A DNA stretch of 64,000 nt from Octopus sinensis (lineage: Eukaryota). Each line of letters opens with the position of its first letter. Position 1 is the first letter of the stretch. The notes beneath the pieces are model-generated. The model saw nothing but the letters and a program-made list of their open reading frames with translations. It did no database searches and was not told the DNA's origin. Of the stretch, positions 26,030-39,604 are shown piece after piece. The stretch covers positions 114,390,001 to 114,454,000 of the forward strand of contig NC_042999.1 of the NCBI RefSeq assembly GCF_006345805.1. Reading direction: 5' to 3'. The translations under genes were made by a program, and so were the position numbers.

Positions 26030-26203
26030 ACAGGGGTCGATCAAGAACGAGATAACTGGATAATAATCATAGTGTCAGTTGGTCACGCTATAGGAAACCA
26101 GCCGGAAAATCTAATGGCTGTTGTTTCTGATAGGAACCTATGGAGGATGTGCTTGAGGACTCTACTCCCCACACCTCTCCCAGGAATAGTGGGCGGAGAA
26201 AGA
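26030..26203 (+). mobile_element. RTE LINE extreme 3' end
   Basis: GNQPENLMAVVSDRNLWRMCLRTLLPTP; homologous to 24730-24885. Confidence 0.75.
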
Positions 26204-26358
26204 CGTGGCTGTACGGTAAGAAGCTTACTTCCCAACCACATGGTCCTGGGTTCAGTACCATTGCGTGACACTCTGGGTAAGTGTCTTCTACTATAGCCTT
26301 GGGCCGTCCAAAGCATTGTGAGTGGATTTGGTCGACAGAAACTGAAAGAAGCCCATCG

Positions 26359-26405
<47 letters not shown>

Positions 26406-26660
26406 GCGCGCGTATGTGTGTGTGTGTGTGTGCGTGTGTGTCTGTGTGTGTGTATTTGTTCAAACATCGCTTGACAAACGATGCTGGTATGTTTACGTCC
26501 ACGTAACTTAGCGGTTCGGCAAAATAAAACCGATAGAATAAGTACTAGGCTTACAAGGAATAAGTCCTGGAGTCGATTTGTTCAACTAAAAGTGGTGCTC
26601 CAGCATGGCTGCAGTCAAATGACTGAAACAATGACTAAAAGAATAGAAAATAAAAGAATA
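26204..26660 (+). mobile_element. SINE family B, full length with internal (TG)n
   Basis: Head GTGGCTGTACGGTAAGAAGCTT to tail CCAGCATGGCTGCAGTCAAATGACTGAAAC. Confidence 0.9.
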
Positions 26661-26933
26661 TATACATGTATATATATAGTTCAAATTTACAGAAAACAAA
26701 AGACGAAAGCAGTTGTAGGAACTTATATATATAAGTTAGGGCAGCGGACTCGCGGTCGGAGGATCGCGGTTTCAATTACCAGACCGGGCGTTGTGTGTGT
26801 TTATTGAGCGAAAACACCTAAAAGCTCCAAGAAACTCTTTCGCCCTAACTTTCTCTTCCTGTTTCTTGAGTAACGCTGCGATGGACTGGCGTCCCGTCCA
26901 GCTGGGGGAAACTAGGCTTGAAAAGGGCGCATA

Positions 26934-26965
<32 letters not shown>

Positions 26966-26968
<3 letters not shown>

Positions 26969-28425
26969 TGAGAAAGTTGGTGTGTGAAATAATTGTATAC
27001 CAGGAATCTTTATCGACCTTTGGAAACCCCCTCTCTCAATACATAAAAGAGAATTGGAAACGATTCCTGGACGATTGTTTTATACTCTGGAATGAAAACA
27101 CAGATAAACTCCTAAAATTCAAAAACCTATTGAACACCATCAACCCAAATATACAGTTCACAATGGAATACAACCAAAAGGAGCTTCCATTCTTAGATAT
27201 ACTAATTAAAAAAATTAACCTTAAAATAGAAACGGACATTTTTTACAAAGCCACAGACGCTAAACAATACCTACTTTTTGATTCATGCCACCCAAGACAC
27301 ACTAAAACAAACATCCCTTTCAACCTTGCAAGAAGGATATGCACAATAGTGTCAGAACAAAATACCAGGAACTTTAGACTACAAGAACTCAAAAACACCC
27401 TAATTGACAGACACTACCCAGCTCAACTCATAGAGGATGGGATCAGACGTGCAACAGAAATCGACATAGAAACTTTGAGAAAAGTTCAACACAACAACAC
27501 ACCTTCCCCGAAAATACTGCCTTACATATCCACATACAACCCCAGAAACAAAGAAACCTTCACCATCATCACCCAGAATTTACCAATACTTCATAAGGAC
27601 CCCAAATTAAAGGAAATTCTAAACATACATAAAATCATTAAAAGCTACAAACAACCTAAATCACTTTAAAAGATTCTCACAAAGGCAAAATTGCTCTCTG
27701 AAATTACGGATGCAAAAGTAAAAAAATGTGGTAGACCAAACTGCGCAACATGCCCAAACCTTCAAGAAGGATCAGAATTCCTCTTCAAAGAGGGACAAAA
27801 ATTCAAGATCAAATCTAATTTTACTTGTGCTTCTGAAAACATAATTTATGTCATAAGATGCTCGGGCTGCCACCAAAACTACGTGGGGTCCACGAGACTA
27901 TCACTCAGACGTAGATGCACACTGCATCGACAACAGATTGCATTCCCAGAATACAGAATGATACCCTTTAGTGAGCATATTGAGAAATGCGCAAAGCAAC
28001 TACTACCACAATTTTTAATCTTTCCATTTTATCAATGTGCTATTGGAACACCAACACAAATTAGACTAAACAAGGAAACATTCTTCATTGAAAAATATAA
28101 GCCCAAACTTAACCACTCTAACATTCTTATACAGAGAAACTCACCCCATTAAATAAAAGGGAAAAGAAATATAAAGCGATTATCTCCCTTATATCGGAAG
28201 AAATCACTTATTACCCCCCCCTACCTAGAACTCTTCATTGCACTTCATAACGAAGACATAACACGATGTTTTGAGAAATTTGAAAAGTTAACACGAAACC
28301 GGTAATTTCTTCAAAAACTATGTCACTGTATGAAAAAAATTTATAACATTCTTCTGACATAATGACTCAAATATATTTTTTTACCTTTTAAAACAAGCCT
28401 TCTGTAGTTTTTCACTTTTTACTCT

Positions 28426-28430
<5 letters not shown>
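26966..28430 (+). mobile_element. Penelope-like element, 5'-truncated: RT C-half + GIY-YIG endonuclease + 3' UTR
   Basis: WKRFLDDCFILW, ELPFLDILI and TDIFYKATDAKQYLLFDSCHPRHTKTNIPFNLARRIC (RT/thumb); CGRPNCATC...ENIIYVIRCSGCHQNYVGST...R...H (GIY-YIG). ORFs 26968-27669 and 27691-28152 share a frame and are split by one TAA. Flanked by (TA)n. Confidence 0.95.
28268..28317 (+). ncRNA. degenerate minimal type I hammerhead in the PLE 3' region
   Basis: GTTTTGAGAAAT-TTGAAAA-GTTAACAC-GAAA-CCGG-TA-ATTTCTTCAAAAAC: long stem I and palindromic CCGG stem III. Core TTGAAAA deviates from CTGANGA at two positions. Confidence 0.6.
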
Positions 28431-28461
<31 letters not shown>

Positions 28462-28464
<3 letters not shown>

Positions 28465-29704
28465 GGTGTCCCCAAAAAATGTATACACACTTTAGCAGAT
28501 GATAACTCAATTGATATTTTTTCTTTCCAGATGAAACCTATAGGATTTAATGATGGCAGTCAGATTAAGCTTTGAACAAAGAAAATTCATTCTAAAATGA
28601 TACTGGAAGTGTGAAAATGCAGTTGAAGTGCAAAAACAGTTGGGGAGGGAGTTTCAAACAGATCCACCAATGCAACTCCCTATCACTTGAATTAGAGATA
28701 AGTTTGAAGCTGATGGAACTGTTCAGAATGTCCACGATAAGCATTCCAGAAGACCCCGAACATCAACAACCCCAACAAAGCAAGGAGTACTGGAAATGAA
28801 TCACCAAAGTCCAAGAAAATCTGTGCGGCAAAGCGAGTCATGAGGTAGGTATTCCAAAATCATCTGTGCAATGCATTTTGAAGCATTGTCAATGGAAAAG
28901 TTATATTCCAAGATTAGTCCTTGCTATTAATGATGATGATCTAGACGAAAGAGTGCAGCATTGCGAGTGGTACTTGGAACGATGTGTAGAAGCTGCACAC
29001 TTTCCAACAAAGATTGTGTGGAGTGATGAAGCCACATTCAAATTAAATGGTTCAATTAACTGCCACAATTGCACCTACTGGGGTCCTGAGAATCTGCATG
29101 TTATGGTGAAACACCATGTTAATTTGATATTTGTGTGGTGTGGTTTATCATCAAGAGGATTAATTGGACCATTCTTTTGTTATGCTACTGTGACTGGTCC
29201 CGTTTACTTGAACTTGTTGCAACAGTCTGTTATGCCAAGCATTAGAGAAGACTTTGAAGATGAGGAGTTTTACTTTCAGCAAGATGGGGCACCCCCACAC
29301 TACCATTGCTATGTTAGATCCTTCCTTGATGAGATCTTGCTAAACAGGTGGATTGGATGAAGAGGTATGGTTGAATTCACCAGACCTCACACCACTAGAC
29401 TTTTTTATGGGGATACCTTAAAGACAAATTCTACGCTATGAAACATACAAGTCGCTGATTTGAGAGCAGCCATTGGACGAGAGTGCACACAAATACCAAA
29501 CAAATTCTTTTGTGATATTTGTGATTCCATTCCTTTGCGTTGTCAGCAGTGCCTGGACCAGACCGGACATCAGTTTGAAAACAGGCATTGACAAAACGAT
29601 AAAATAATGTCTGTAGATTGTATTAAATTTTGAAAATGAAGTGTCTTTTAATAAACAACTACTTTACAATTGTTTAAAGTGTGCATACATTTTTTTGGGA
29701 CACC

Positions 29705-29707
<3 letters not shown>
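28462..29707 (+). mobile_element. Tc1/mariner DNA transposon, near full length, probable DD41D (rosa/Visitor) type; transposase inactivated
   Basis: 33-bp TIRs, 31/33 identical (CAGGGTGTCCC.AAAAAATGTAT.CACACTTTA), with TA flanks. Transposase from ATG 28553 to about 29592 contains [23 protein letters not shown] and PDLTPLDFF; carries stops and frameshifts. Confidence 0.93.
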
Positions 29708-29761
<54 letters not shown>

Positions 29762-29816
29762 TACAGAATGGAACAATAACGCAAAACATCCAGACACTTT
29801 GGTCCCTTATATGTAA

Positions 29817-29895
<79 letters not shown>

Positions 29896-30190
29896 ATGCT
29901 ATATCTATTTATAATGCTATCTAGGAAACAGCTAAACTTGTAATATTCATAACAGTACATGCACTGACAATGTAGATGATTAATTCACATGAGTATCATG
30001 TAAGACATACCTTTCTTTTTAAGTCAATATAAGTTTAGCTTCGCTGTGAAAAGTAAACATTGAGTTTTTTATCTTTCTGTGGGCCGAGATACACACACAC
30101 ACACACACCACACACACACACACACAACACACATGTCTGTCTGTCTGTCTGTCTGTATCTATCTGTCTATCTATCCATCCATCTATCTAT

Positions 30191-30273
<83 letters not shown>

Positions 30274-30509
30274 GCTAGCTAGCTAGCTACATGAATATAT
30301 ACATTCTATTATTTTATTCTTCTATACATTTTAGTCATGTGACTGCGGTCATACTGGAACACCACTGTGAATTTCTACTCTGTCCGCCTCCATCTTATGT
30401 GGCTGGCTTCTTCTTGAGGGTGGGATTTCGTGCCACCTCCTTGGATATGATTGTTTTTTTTTTTTGTTTTTTTTTACGAAGGGTGAGCGCTAAGCAGGAA
30501 TAAGTATAA

Positions 30510-30906
30510 CTGCAATGTTACTATCAGTCCAAATATGCTTGAGGTGCGTTCGAACTGGGATATAAACCATTCATTGTGTTTTGTTATGGAGAAAATTTCT
30601 CTTTTTTGACACGGATACACCTATATCAGTTCGCAGCGCCAATTACCTAGACTGTGAGATACCAGCATTTCGGAGTAGTTGTCTCCTCTTTGGTCACAGA
30701 AACCAGGCAGCTGCCGCTACGACCCGATCAAAGAGACTGTCTCTCATGCTATTATAGTCACCGTACGGTGACTGATAGCGCTATGCGACTGATCTAGGTG
30801 TATCCACGCCATTTGTAAACAGCGAGAAATTTTCTCCATGACAAAACACAGAAAATGGCTTGTATCCCAGTTCGAACGCGTCTCAAGCATTGTAATGATA
30901 TTGCAA
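30510..30906. mobile_element. foldback/MITE with ~120-bp imperfect inverted repeats
   Basis: TGCTTGAGGTGCGTTCGAACTGGGATA...GGAGAAAATTTCTC...GGATACACCTATATCAGT (30535-30650) is mirrored at 30778-30890. Confidence 0.8.
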
Positions 30907-31324
30907 TGAATTTTTTTATCTGGTTGGTGTATAAGGAAGTTTGACACTTCTGCCTTCGTCTATAATTAATACTAGGATGTTGGCTTATCTGATATCGTGG
31001 ATTGGAGAATGTCCACAACCACATTGTGTGTGTGTGTGTGTATACAAATGCATATATACACACACAGGCAAGGCATATTTCTACATATATATAAACACAC
31101 AGACACACATGTGCACGCATAAATATGTATGCACTTGTAACAAAGACCGCGAGAGGCGAAACTTGTATTCCCAATCAACGTCATAGGTATAATAAATTTG
31201 ACTCTGCTACTACCAGTATTGAATTCTTACATCAGTAAATTTATAGCATAACAGCCCTAACACACACACACACGAGCGCATACATACAAACATACATACA
31301 TACATACATACATACATACATACA

Positions 31325-31360
<36 letters not shown>

Positions 31361-31642
31361 TGCGTGTGTATGTATGTATATGTATGCTTGCGTGTGTTTA
31401 TGTGTATATTCACAAACTCACACATAAGGACATATTCCATGTATACATCACACTCGTTGATGCATCATACTCATGCATACACATGAACTCATGCACACAC
31501 ACACACACGCATTCACATGCAAACATACACACATGCATACACACAGAGCGGTGCATACTTATATATCTGCATATATTCATATTCTGATATTCATATATAG
31601 CAATGTTTACATGCATATGTATGCATGCACACACAGACATAT

Positions 31643-31678
<36 letters not shown>

Positions 31679-31899
31679 ACACACACACATACACACACAC
31701 AAACACACACACACACATATGAATATATTAGATAATATAATTTCAGTAACGATTGGAATTATTTATTTATTTGTTTATTCAATTAATTATTACAAAGGAA
31801 AGTGTCTATAATTAATTAAAGCCTACACTTAATTATCTTCAACTTCAAGGGAAACTGAATATTAAAAGCCCTCCCCACTCTCGTCTCTTGGCTAAAAAT

Positions 31900-32675
31900 C
31901 AGATGATGATGATGATGATGAAAATGATGGTGGTGTTACTGACGATGATGATGTTGTTGATGAAAATGATTATGAAGATGATGATGATGATGGTAATGAT
32001 GATTATAATGGTGATGATGACAACAGCGATATCGATAATTAACTCAAGAAATTAAAGCAACATCAACCAGTAATGCCATATCTGCCACTTCATCTCGTCA
32101 TCGTATTGTTCATTATCATCTTTATCACCATCTCCTCCACCAGCACTAGTTTACCACAATCACCTAATCCTCCTCCACCAGCACCACCAGCACCAGCACC
32201 ACCACCACCATCACCCACCCCACAACCAATAACGCCCCCTCCTCCTCCTCCTCCTCCTCCCCTCCTCCTTATGATCATCATCACCATCATCATCATCACC
32301 ACCACCTAACCAGCCTCCACTACCTTCCTCCCCACCGCCACCATTAATACCAATATCACCACCTCTACCACCACCACCATCATCATCACCACCATCACCT
32401 AACCCACCTTCACTAACGTCACCACCATCATCCTCACTACCACCACCACCACCACAACCAACACCACTACCACCATCATCATCATCATATTCATCATCAT
32501 CGTGACCACCACTACCGCCAAACCCACCTTCACCGCCACCGCCACCACCATCATCACCATCACCATTAACAACACCACCTCTACCATCAACACACCACTG
32601 TCACTATCTCCACCACTACTACCACTACTAAACCATTACTACCATCACCTGATCATTAATCATCATCATCACTAC
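31900..32675. repeat. (GAT)n/(CAC)n/(CAT)n/(CCT)n low-complexity tract
   Basis: Direct reading. Confidence 0.9.
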
Positions 32676-32764
32676 GACACGACCGCGTCGTTAGTTACAT
32701 CATTTAGTTATATCATAGTAAGACGAAAGCAAGGACAACATTGTTATAGAGCAACCTTTTAAAT

Positions 32765-33006
32765 CAATGGTGCCCAAACTTTTACAGGCTACCGCCCCTT
32801 GACACCCAGGCCACATTCCTAGCACCCCACCCCAACTAACCATCATAAGCAACTATATTTCAGAAATAAAATTTAACCTAATGAACCCATTATTTGGTTC
32901 TTTTTCCATGAATCGCTACCCCATTATCGCCCCACTTTTTTTTTCGCCTCCTTGGAACATTCTACTGCCCTCAGTGGGGCAATACTGCCCACATTGGGAA
33001 CCACGG
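32765..33006. mobile_element. hAT-type MITE
   Basis: TIRs CAATGGTGCCCAA / TTGGGAACCACGG; 8-bp TSD TTTTAAAT / TTTTAAAC. Confidence 0.8.
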
Positions 33007-33991
33007 TTTTAAACCATGTGTACACTTATATCATTGTTATGCTTTTGTGAGACTCCATGGCAGAGCCGTCTTATGACATGGGCAGACTAAGCAGTAACCT
33101 AGAGCCTCACAATTCTAGGGGCCCAATTCTGATCTATGTAAGACCTCTTTTCGGTCATGAATGACAATGGGATTGCACCTAGAAAGTTCTCCTCCGAGGC
33201 AAAAGTCCGGACAAGGCTGTTTTATGGAAGACCAGCAATCGCCCATGCATATCAGCCGTTCCGCTCCACGCCATCGATGTTATCCAAGGGAAAGGCAAAG
33301 GCCGATACATTTCAGCACCAGTGTCGTCGCAACTTACTTCTACATTTCTGAGTGAACTGGGGCAACGTGAAATAGTGCCTTGCTCAAGAACACTTGATAA
33401 ATAAACACTTTAGGGACAAGTGCATTGGTTTACCCGGGGGCTTATAATGCTGCTAAAATGGTCCTGGTCCACAACTCAGTATCTACTATACTTCGTTCCC
33501 TGGGACTATAGGTTCAAGCCTAGCCATACAAACTTTTCTCTGATATGAAGTTAAGGATATAATACAGCGCATTAAGGTTTGTTAAATCTATGCCAACGAA
33601 GTAGTACGGTAGTAAAATGATATTATAGATAAGCTGCGTCTTCGATTTCGTTCCTTGGATAAGATTAATTCTTGACATAAAGGGAAAATTGCTAGAGAAC
33701 AACTCTTATGGTAGAAGAAGACAAATTCATGAATATAAGAAAAAGTACTATAGCTTTCAGAGATGTTGCTACCTAAGCTTGCGCCCCCTGTAATACCTCT
33801 GTAGACTTTTCTATTGTCGGCACACACATACAGACGCGCGTGCGCGCACACACATACACATAGACACACACAAACACACACACACACACTGGCACACACA
33901 CATTCTCACTCCCTCTCACTTTCACATATTTATCCATGCTGTGTCGCATATATGTACTCCTTATCTCTCTCTCTCTCTCTCTTTCCCTCTC

Positions 33992-34042
<51 letters not shown>

Positions 34043-34329
34043 AACACACACAGACACACATGCACACACACATAGTAGTTGTAGATATATAAAACCATTG
34101 GAAAACTTGCTCTGATGGTAAGCATGATACAGATACAATATGGATTTCCCAAATCCTTCGGTTCCAAAGTCTTTCTGGTTTACTGATTTTTCGGAAGCAG
34201 GTATGTTTACCTTAGTCACCGAACTCTAAATTAAACAATTATTTAATTTACTTCAAAATAATTAAATGAAATACAGGTTCTTGTGCCTTAGTACAAATGT
34301 TACAATTCTATTATTTAATACTGTACTTC

Positions 34330-34545
34330 TTGCGGCGAGCTGGCAGAATCGTTAGCACGTTGGACGAAATGCTTAGCGGTTTTTCGTCTGTCTTTACGGT
34401 CTGAGTTCAAATTCCGACGAGGTCGAAAGAAAGAACCAGAAAAAAGACCTCGGAAGGAAGACCCGACAGAAATGTTGCCGAGCATTTTGTTCGACGCGCT
34501 AACGATTCTGCCTTCGTAATAATAATAATAATAAATAATATAATA

Positions 34546-34586
<41 letters not shown>

Positions 34587-34650
34587 AGATAATATGTGAT
34601 GATGATGATAATAATATGATGATGATGATATATATAATATGAATGATATA

Positions 34651-34698
<48 letters not shown>

Positions 34699-35535
34699 CT
34701 TTCTACTAATGCACAAGACCTGAAATTTCGGGGGAGGGGGACTAGTCGAGGACATCCACCCCAGTATTTCACTGGTACTTAATTTATCATCCCCGAAAGA
34801 ATGAAAGGCAACGTCGACCTCGACGGAATTTGAACTCAGGACGTCAAGGCGGACGAAATACCACAGAGTATTTTGTCCTGCGTGCTAATTATTCTACAAG
34901 TTCGCTTCCCTTTTAATAATAATAATGATCCTTTCTACTATAGGCACGAGGCTAAAATTTGGTGGTAGGGGGCTAGTCGATTACATCGACCCCAGTGCTC
35001 AACAGGTACTTATTTCATCGACCCCCGAAAGGATGAAAGGCAAGGTCAACCTCGGCAAGTCGTAATGGCAGACGAAATGCATATTTCTTTACTACCCACA
35101 AGGGGCTACACACAGAGGGGACAAACAAGGACAGACAAACGGATTAAGTGATTATATCGACCCCAGTGCGTAACTGATACTTATTTAAACGACCCCGAAA
35201 GGATAAAAAGCAAAGTCGACCTTGGCGGTATTTGAACTCAGAACGTAGCGGCAGACGAAATACCGCTAGGCATTTCGCTCAGCGTGCAAAGGACCTTGCC
35301 ACCTCACCGCCTTCAGTAATGATAATCCTTTCTACTATAGGCAACAGGCTTGAAATGTTTAAGGGGAGGGTGCTAGTCGATTACATCGACCCCAGTGCAC
35401 AACTGGTACTTATTTAAATCGACCCCACAAGGATTAAAGAAAACAGCAGCCGTGGCGGAATTGAATCATAGAACGTAATGAATCGGCAGAAATGCCTCTA
35501 AGCATTTTGTCCAATGAACTAATGATTCTGCCAAC
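34330..35535 (-). mobile_element. dense SINE family A cluster (one + copy at 34330-34430, five - copies)
   Basis: Repeated CGAAAGGATGAAAGG...GTCGACCTCGGCGG.ATTTGAACTCAG cores near 34795, 35025, 35196 and 35428; oppositely oriented 5' halves at 34330-34515. Confidence 0.88.
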
Positions 35536-37010
35536 AGTTTCTTATATTAAATAAGGCAGAAAAATTAATACTAAGACATTACTTTAATGTTTGTAGCATT
35601 TGATGGTGGTTCACATGAAATTTTGTGACAACATACATACGTACATACAAAACATATACACATACATGCATTTGTGTATATATATATACATGCATACACG
35701 CACACACGCATTTAAAATAATTTTCCTTCTGTTTGATTTGAGATAATTCCTTTTATTGATTTGCTCGTTTACTAATTTAGTCTTGCACTTTTCTTTCTGC
35801 TATGAGTGTGCCTGTGTGTTAACATTGTATGTATGTATGTATGTATGTATGTATGTATGTATGTATGTATGTATGTATGTATGTATGAATGTATGTATAT
35901 ACAAATGTATATATACACACATATGTTTATAGATCCACACATAAATATGCACACACATTTGTATATACATGCCTCTCTCTTCCTTTCTCTTCTGCTCTCT
36001 CGTTCTCTCGTTCTCTCCCCTCTCTTTTTCTCTCTATATACATACACGCACACATATATGTTGATATATACATATGCATACACATATACATATAAACATA
36101 CACACATACATAGTTGTGCGTATTAAAATCTCTTTGCGTTTATAACCATATTTACGGAAGTTTTCAAAAGTTCCAAGACATAAATCTATTGACAGGCTTC
36201 TTTCGTTAGATTACTCCTCAATTAACTAACACATAACATTACGTATATTTTTTTTAACTCACTGATTTAGAACAGTTATGCTATGAATGCAATCTCTTCG
36301 CGTTTTTCTCTCCTCTTCTTATCCAAACACAAAGCAAACATGGCTACCTAAACAAACATGACTCCGTTTCGACATTACATTTATTCTGTCTTATGATCAA
36401 GTCATAAATAAATTTTCATTATAAGCTAATTGCTTATCGAATCTGATTCCAATGAAAAGATTTTTCTAATATTTGTATGTAATTCTTTTTCCGCGTATGT
36501 TCAAAGCATATATTTGTACTTCATATCAATATTATTAGAAATGGCATACTAGGAATAGAAATTGAAATAAAAGCAACAAAAACGACAGTAAACTCAATGT
36601 CATTTTGTAAGTTGTTGCTCTGTTTTTGTTTGTATATATGTTTTGTTACGCACTGGGCTGGATTTCGCTGACATCATAATGAATGTTATATTACAACTTA
36701 TGTTTTCGATGCTGCTTCTTCAAGCATTGCACATACGGACATACATACATACATACATACATACATACATACATACATACATACATACATACATACATAC
36801 ATACATACATACATGCGTGCATATATTCATATATATATATATATATGTGTGTAAATAAATACTTACATGCATACATACACACATATATGCACACATGTAG
36901 ATATATACATCTATGTATGTATGCGTATATATATCATGACATTTATCAGACGGCGTCACTATAACTTATCAAGAAGTTCAACACCCAGGCATGGTGTATT
37001 ATATATATAT

Positions 37011-37065
<55 letters not shown>

Positions 37066-38256
37066 TATATATATTATATATATATATATATATATATTTA
37101 TTATATAAATATATATGTGTGTGTGTGTTTATATGTATATATGTATATGTATACGTATGTGTACACAGACACCATACATATATATTCTTACATATGTTTT
37201 AATATTCAGCAGCGCATAAAATCACATTATTGCTACAACTAGTAGATGTAACCTATGGGGATAACACAGTGAGAAAACACATCGTCAGATAGTTACATAG
37301 GAAGTATATCGTCGGACGGCTATAAGGGAAATACAAGCTAGAGACCCATATAATTGTCTGACGGTATGATTGCTCATCGTGCTTGCTCATGATTGCACAA
37401 TGACTTCATTGCTGGCTGCAATCTGCTTGAATTCTATTTGTGTATCGTATATGACTTTATGAAGGGTAGCCATAGTTTTTGTTGAGATAAAGTAAAACAA
37501 AATACCCACTGGAACACACTTGCATATAGCAGATCCATTTATTAAAGGAAGTGGAGATATTTTAACAATATCTATTTAGGCGTTCGAAAGAAACATTGGT
37601 AGTTTGCTTAATAATGAAGCTATACTCACTAAATACTTGCGATCACTAATTAGCAATGGCCAAAATAATAATGATTGTTCAAACTTCTTTTTTTCGCAAC
37701 TATCGGAGCGAGAAGCGCTCCTCACGAACGCACGTTCGTGAGATGGTTGTGATCTATAGTTTTGAGTAGGAACCGAAGTATGAACCCGCAATGTGCATGT
37801 GCTCACTGAATTCGTAAAGCGAAAGAGAAGAATAAAAACTCAATGCGCATGTCAAAATAAAACAGAAGACAAGAATAAAACACGTTATACCACATCTGAC
37901 ACTATTATCACGCAGCTTTGTAGTAATATTCTTGTTTAAATTTGATGAAAAGGTCGTATTTTATTCATTTGTTACACGCAACGCCGTATATTCTGCGCGT
38001 GCCAAAGAGTTATGATGTTTAATTCTAATTTCTGATACTAGCCCAATAACACAACTGTGATGGCGTAAGGGGTTAATTTTATCAACTCCAATACTTGACT
38101 GGTAGTTATTTTATCCATCCCGAATGGACGAAAAGCGAAGACGATTCCAGAGTTATTTAAAGCCAGAACTCAAAAAGGACATATCTACATTCTGCAAGGT
38201 ATTCTGTCCGCTACTTTACCGAATATTTCAATCCATCGATCCTTTGTTATTGTTTG

Positions 38257-38356
38257 NNNNNNNNNNNNNNNNNNNNNNNNNNNNNNNNNNNNNNNNNNNN
38301 NNNNNNNNNNNNNNNNNNNNNNNNNNNNNNNNNNNNNNNNNNNNNNNNNNNNNNNN
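38257..38356. other. assembly gap (100 N)
   Basis: Run of N. Confidence 1.
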
Positions 38357-38411
38357 TGATGATATTTTTTCTCATCAGGGGAATTTATATATACATACAC
38401 ACATCATATAT

Positions 38412-38448
<37 letters not shown>

Positions 38449-38483
38449 GATATATATATATCTATATATATATATATATATAC

Positions 38484-38515
<32 letters not shown>

Positions 38516-39219
38516 ACGATATGCTTCTTTCAGTTTCTACTAGCATGGTAGAAACAAGTCTTTGGTCGGATCGGGGCTATTGTAGAAAATAATTGCCAAT
38601 ATTCCACGCAGTGAGACTGAACTCAAGATCATATGGTTGTGAAGCAAGCTTTTCAACCACACATCCCCGCGTGCTCAAGATGCACACAGATGGACGAAAC
38701 AGCTTTACATGCGCTCATACAGCTCGTGCGTACATACTTGTGTGTGTGTGGGTTTATGTACTTGTGTGTATGAATGTGTGTGTGTGTTTGCTTGTGTGTG
38801 TGGGCTTATGTACTTGTGTGCATGAATGTGTGTGTGTGTGTTTGCTTGTGTGTGCGTGTGCGTGTGTGTATTTCGTAAATAGTTTGGTCAAAAAATGGCA
38901 CAAATAGAGGGCAAATAGAAGACTTTAAAAACATAAATAGATAGCTATATAGATAGATAGAGAGAGAGAGGGGGAGAGAGAGAGAAAGGTAGAGAGAGAG
39001 AAAGAGGAGAGAGAAACTTGTGTTCTGTTTCTGTGGTGGTGATGGTGGTGTTGGTTGTAGTGAGGGTGGTGGTGGTGGTGGTGATGGAGCTCGGTGTTGT
39101 GATGAGGAAGAAACAAGGGAACACAAAGCAGGCAAAATGTCATAACAAGTAAAGAAGCAATGAAAGAAAAGAATAAAAGATAATAAAAGAAAAGTGTGAG
39201 TGTGTGAGTGTGTGAGTAT

Positions 39220-39257
<38 letters not shown>

Positions 39258-39551
39258 AGGGACTGGTACAAAATGTTCTGTGTTTTCCTCTCCTCTCCTC
39301 TCCTTCGCAATATCTTGAAACATAACCAGAAAAATGATGTAAAATTTGAGGCTAAAGAGAGGTTAAGTAAATAGAAATATATGGAAGGAAAGAAAAAAAA
39401 GCACATAAGAATAAAGCAGAGAAATAGTAATTTTGAGTGAAATATGTAAAGACACTTTGTTTAACAGACATGTAGATGAGCATGAACAGGAGACAGTGCA
39501 TACCACCACCACCACCACCACCACACCACCACCACCACTACACTACTACTA

Positions 39552-39604
<53 letters not shown>

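Noticed and set aside
37255-37315. Minus-strand CTGACGA motifs here and at 44490-44530
   Set aside because: No GAAA in the correct position or no closing stem I.
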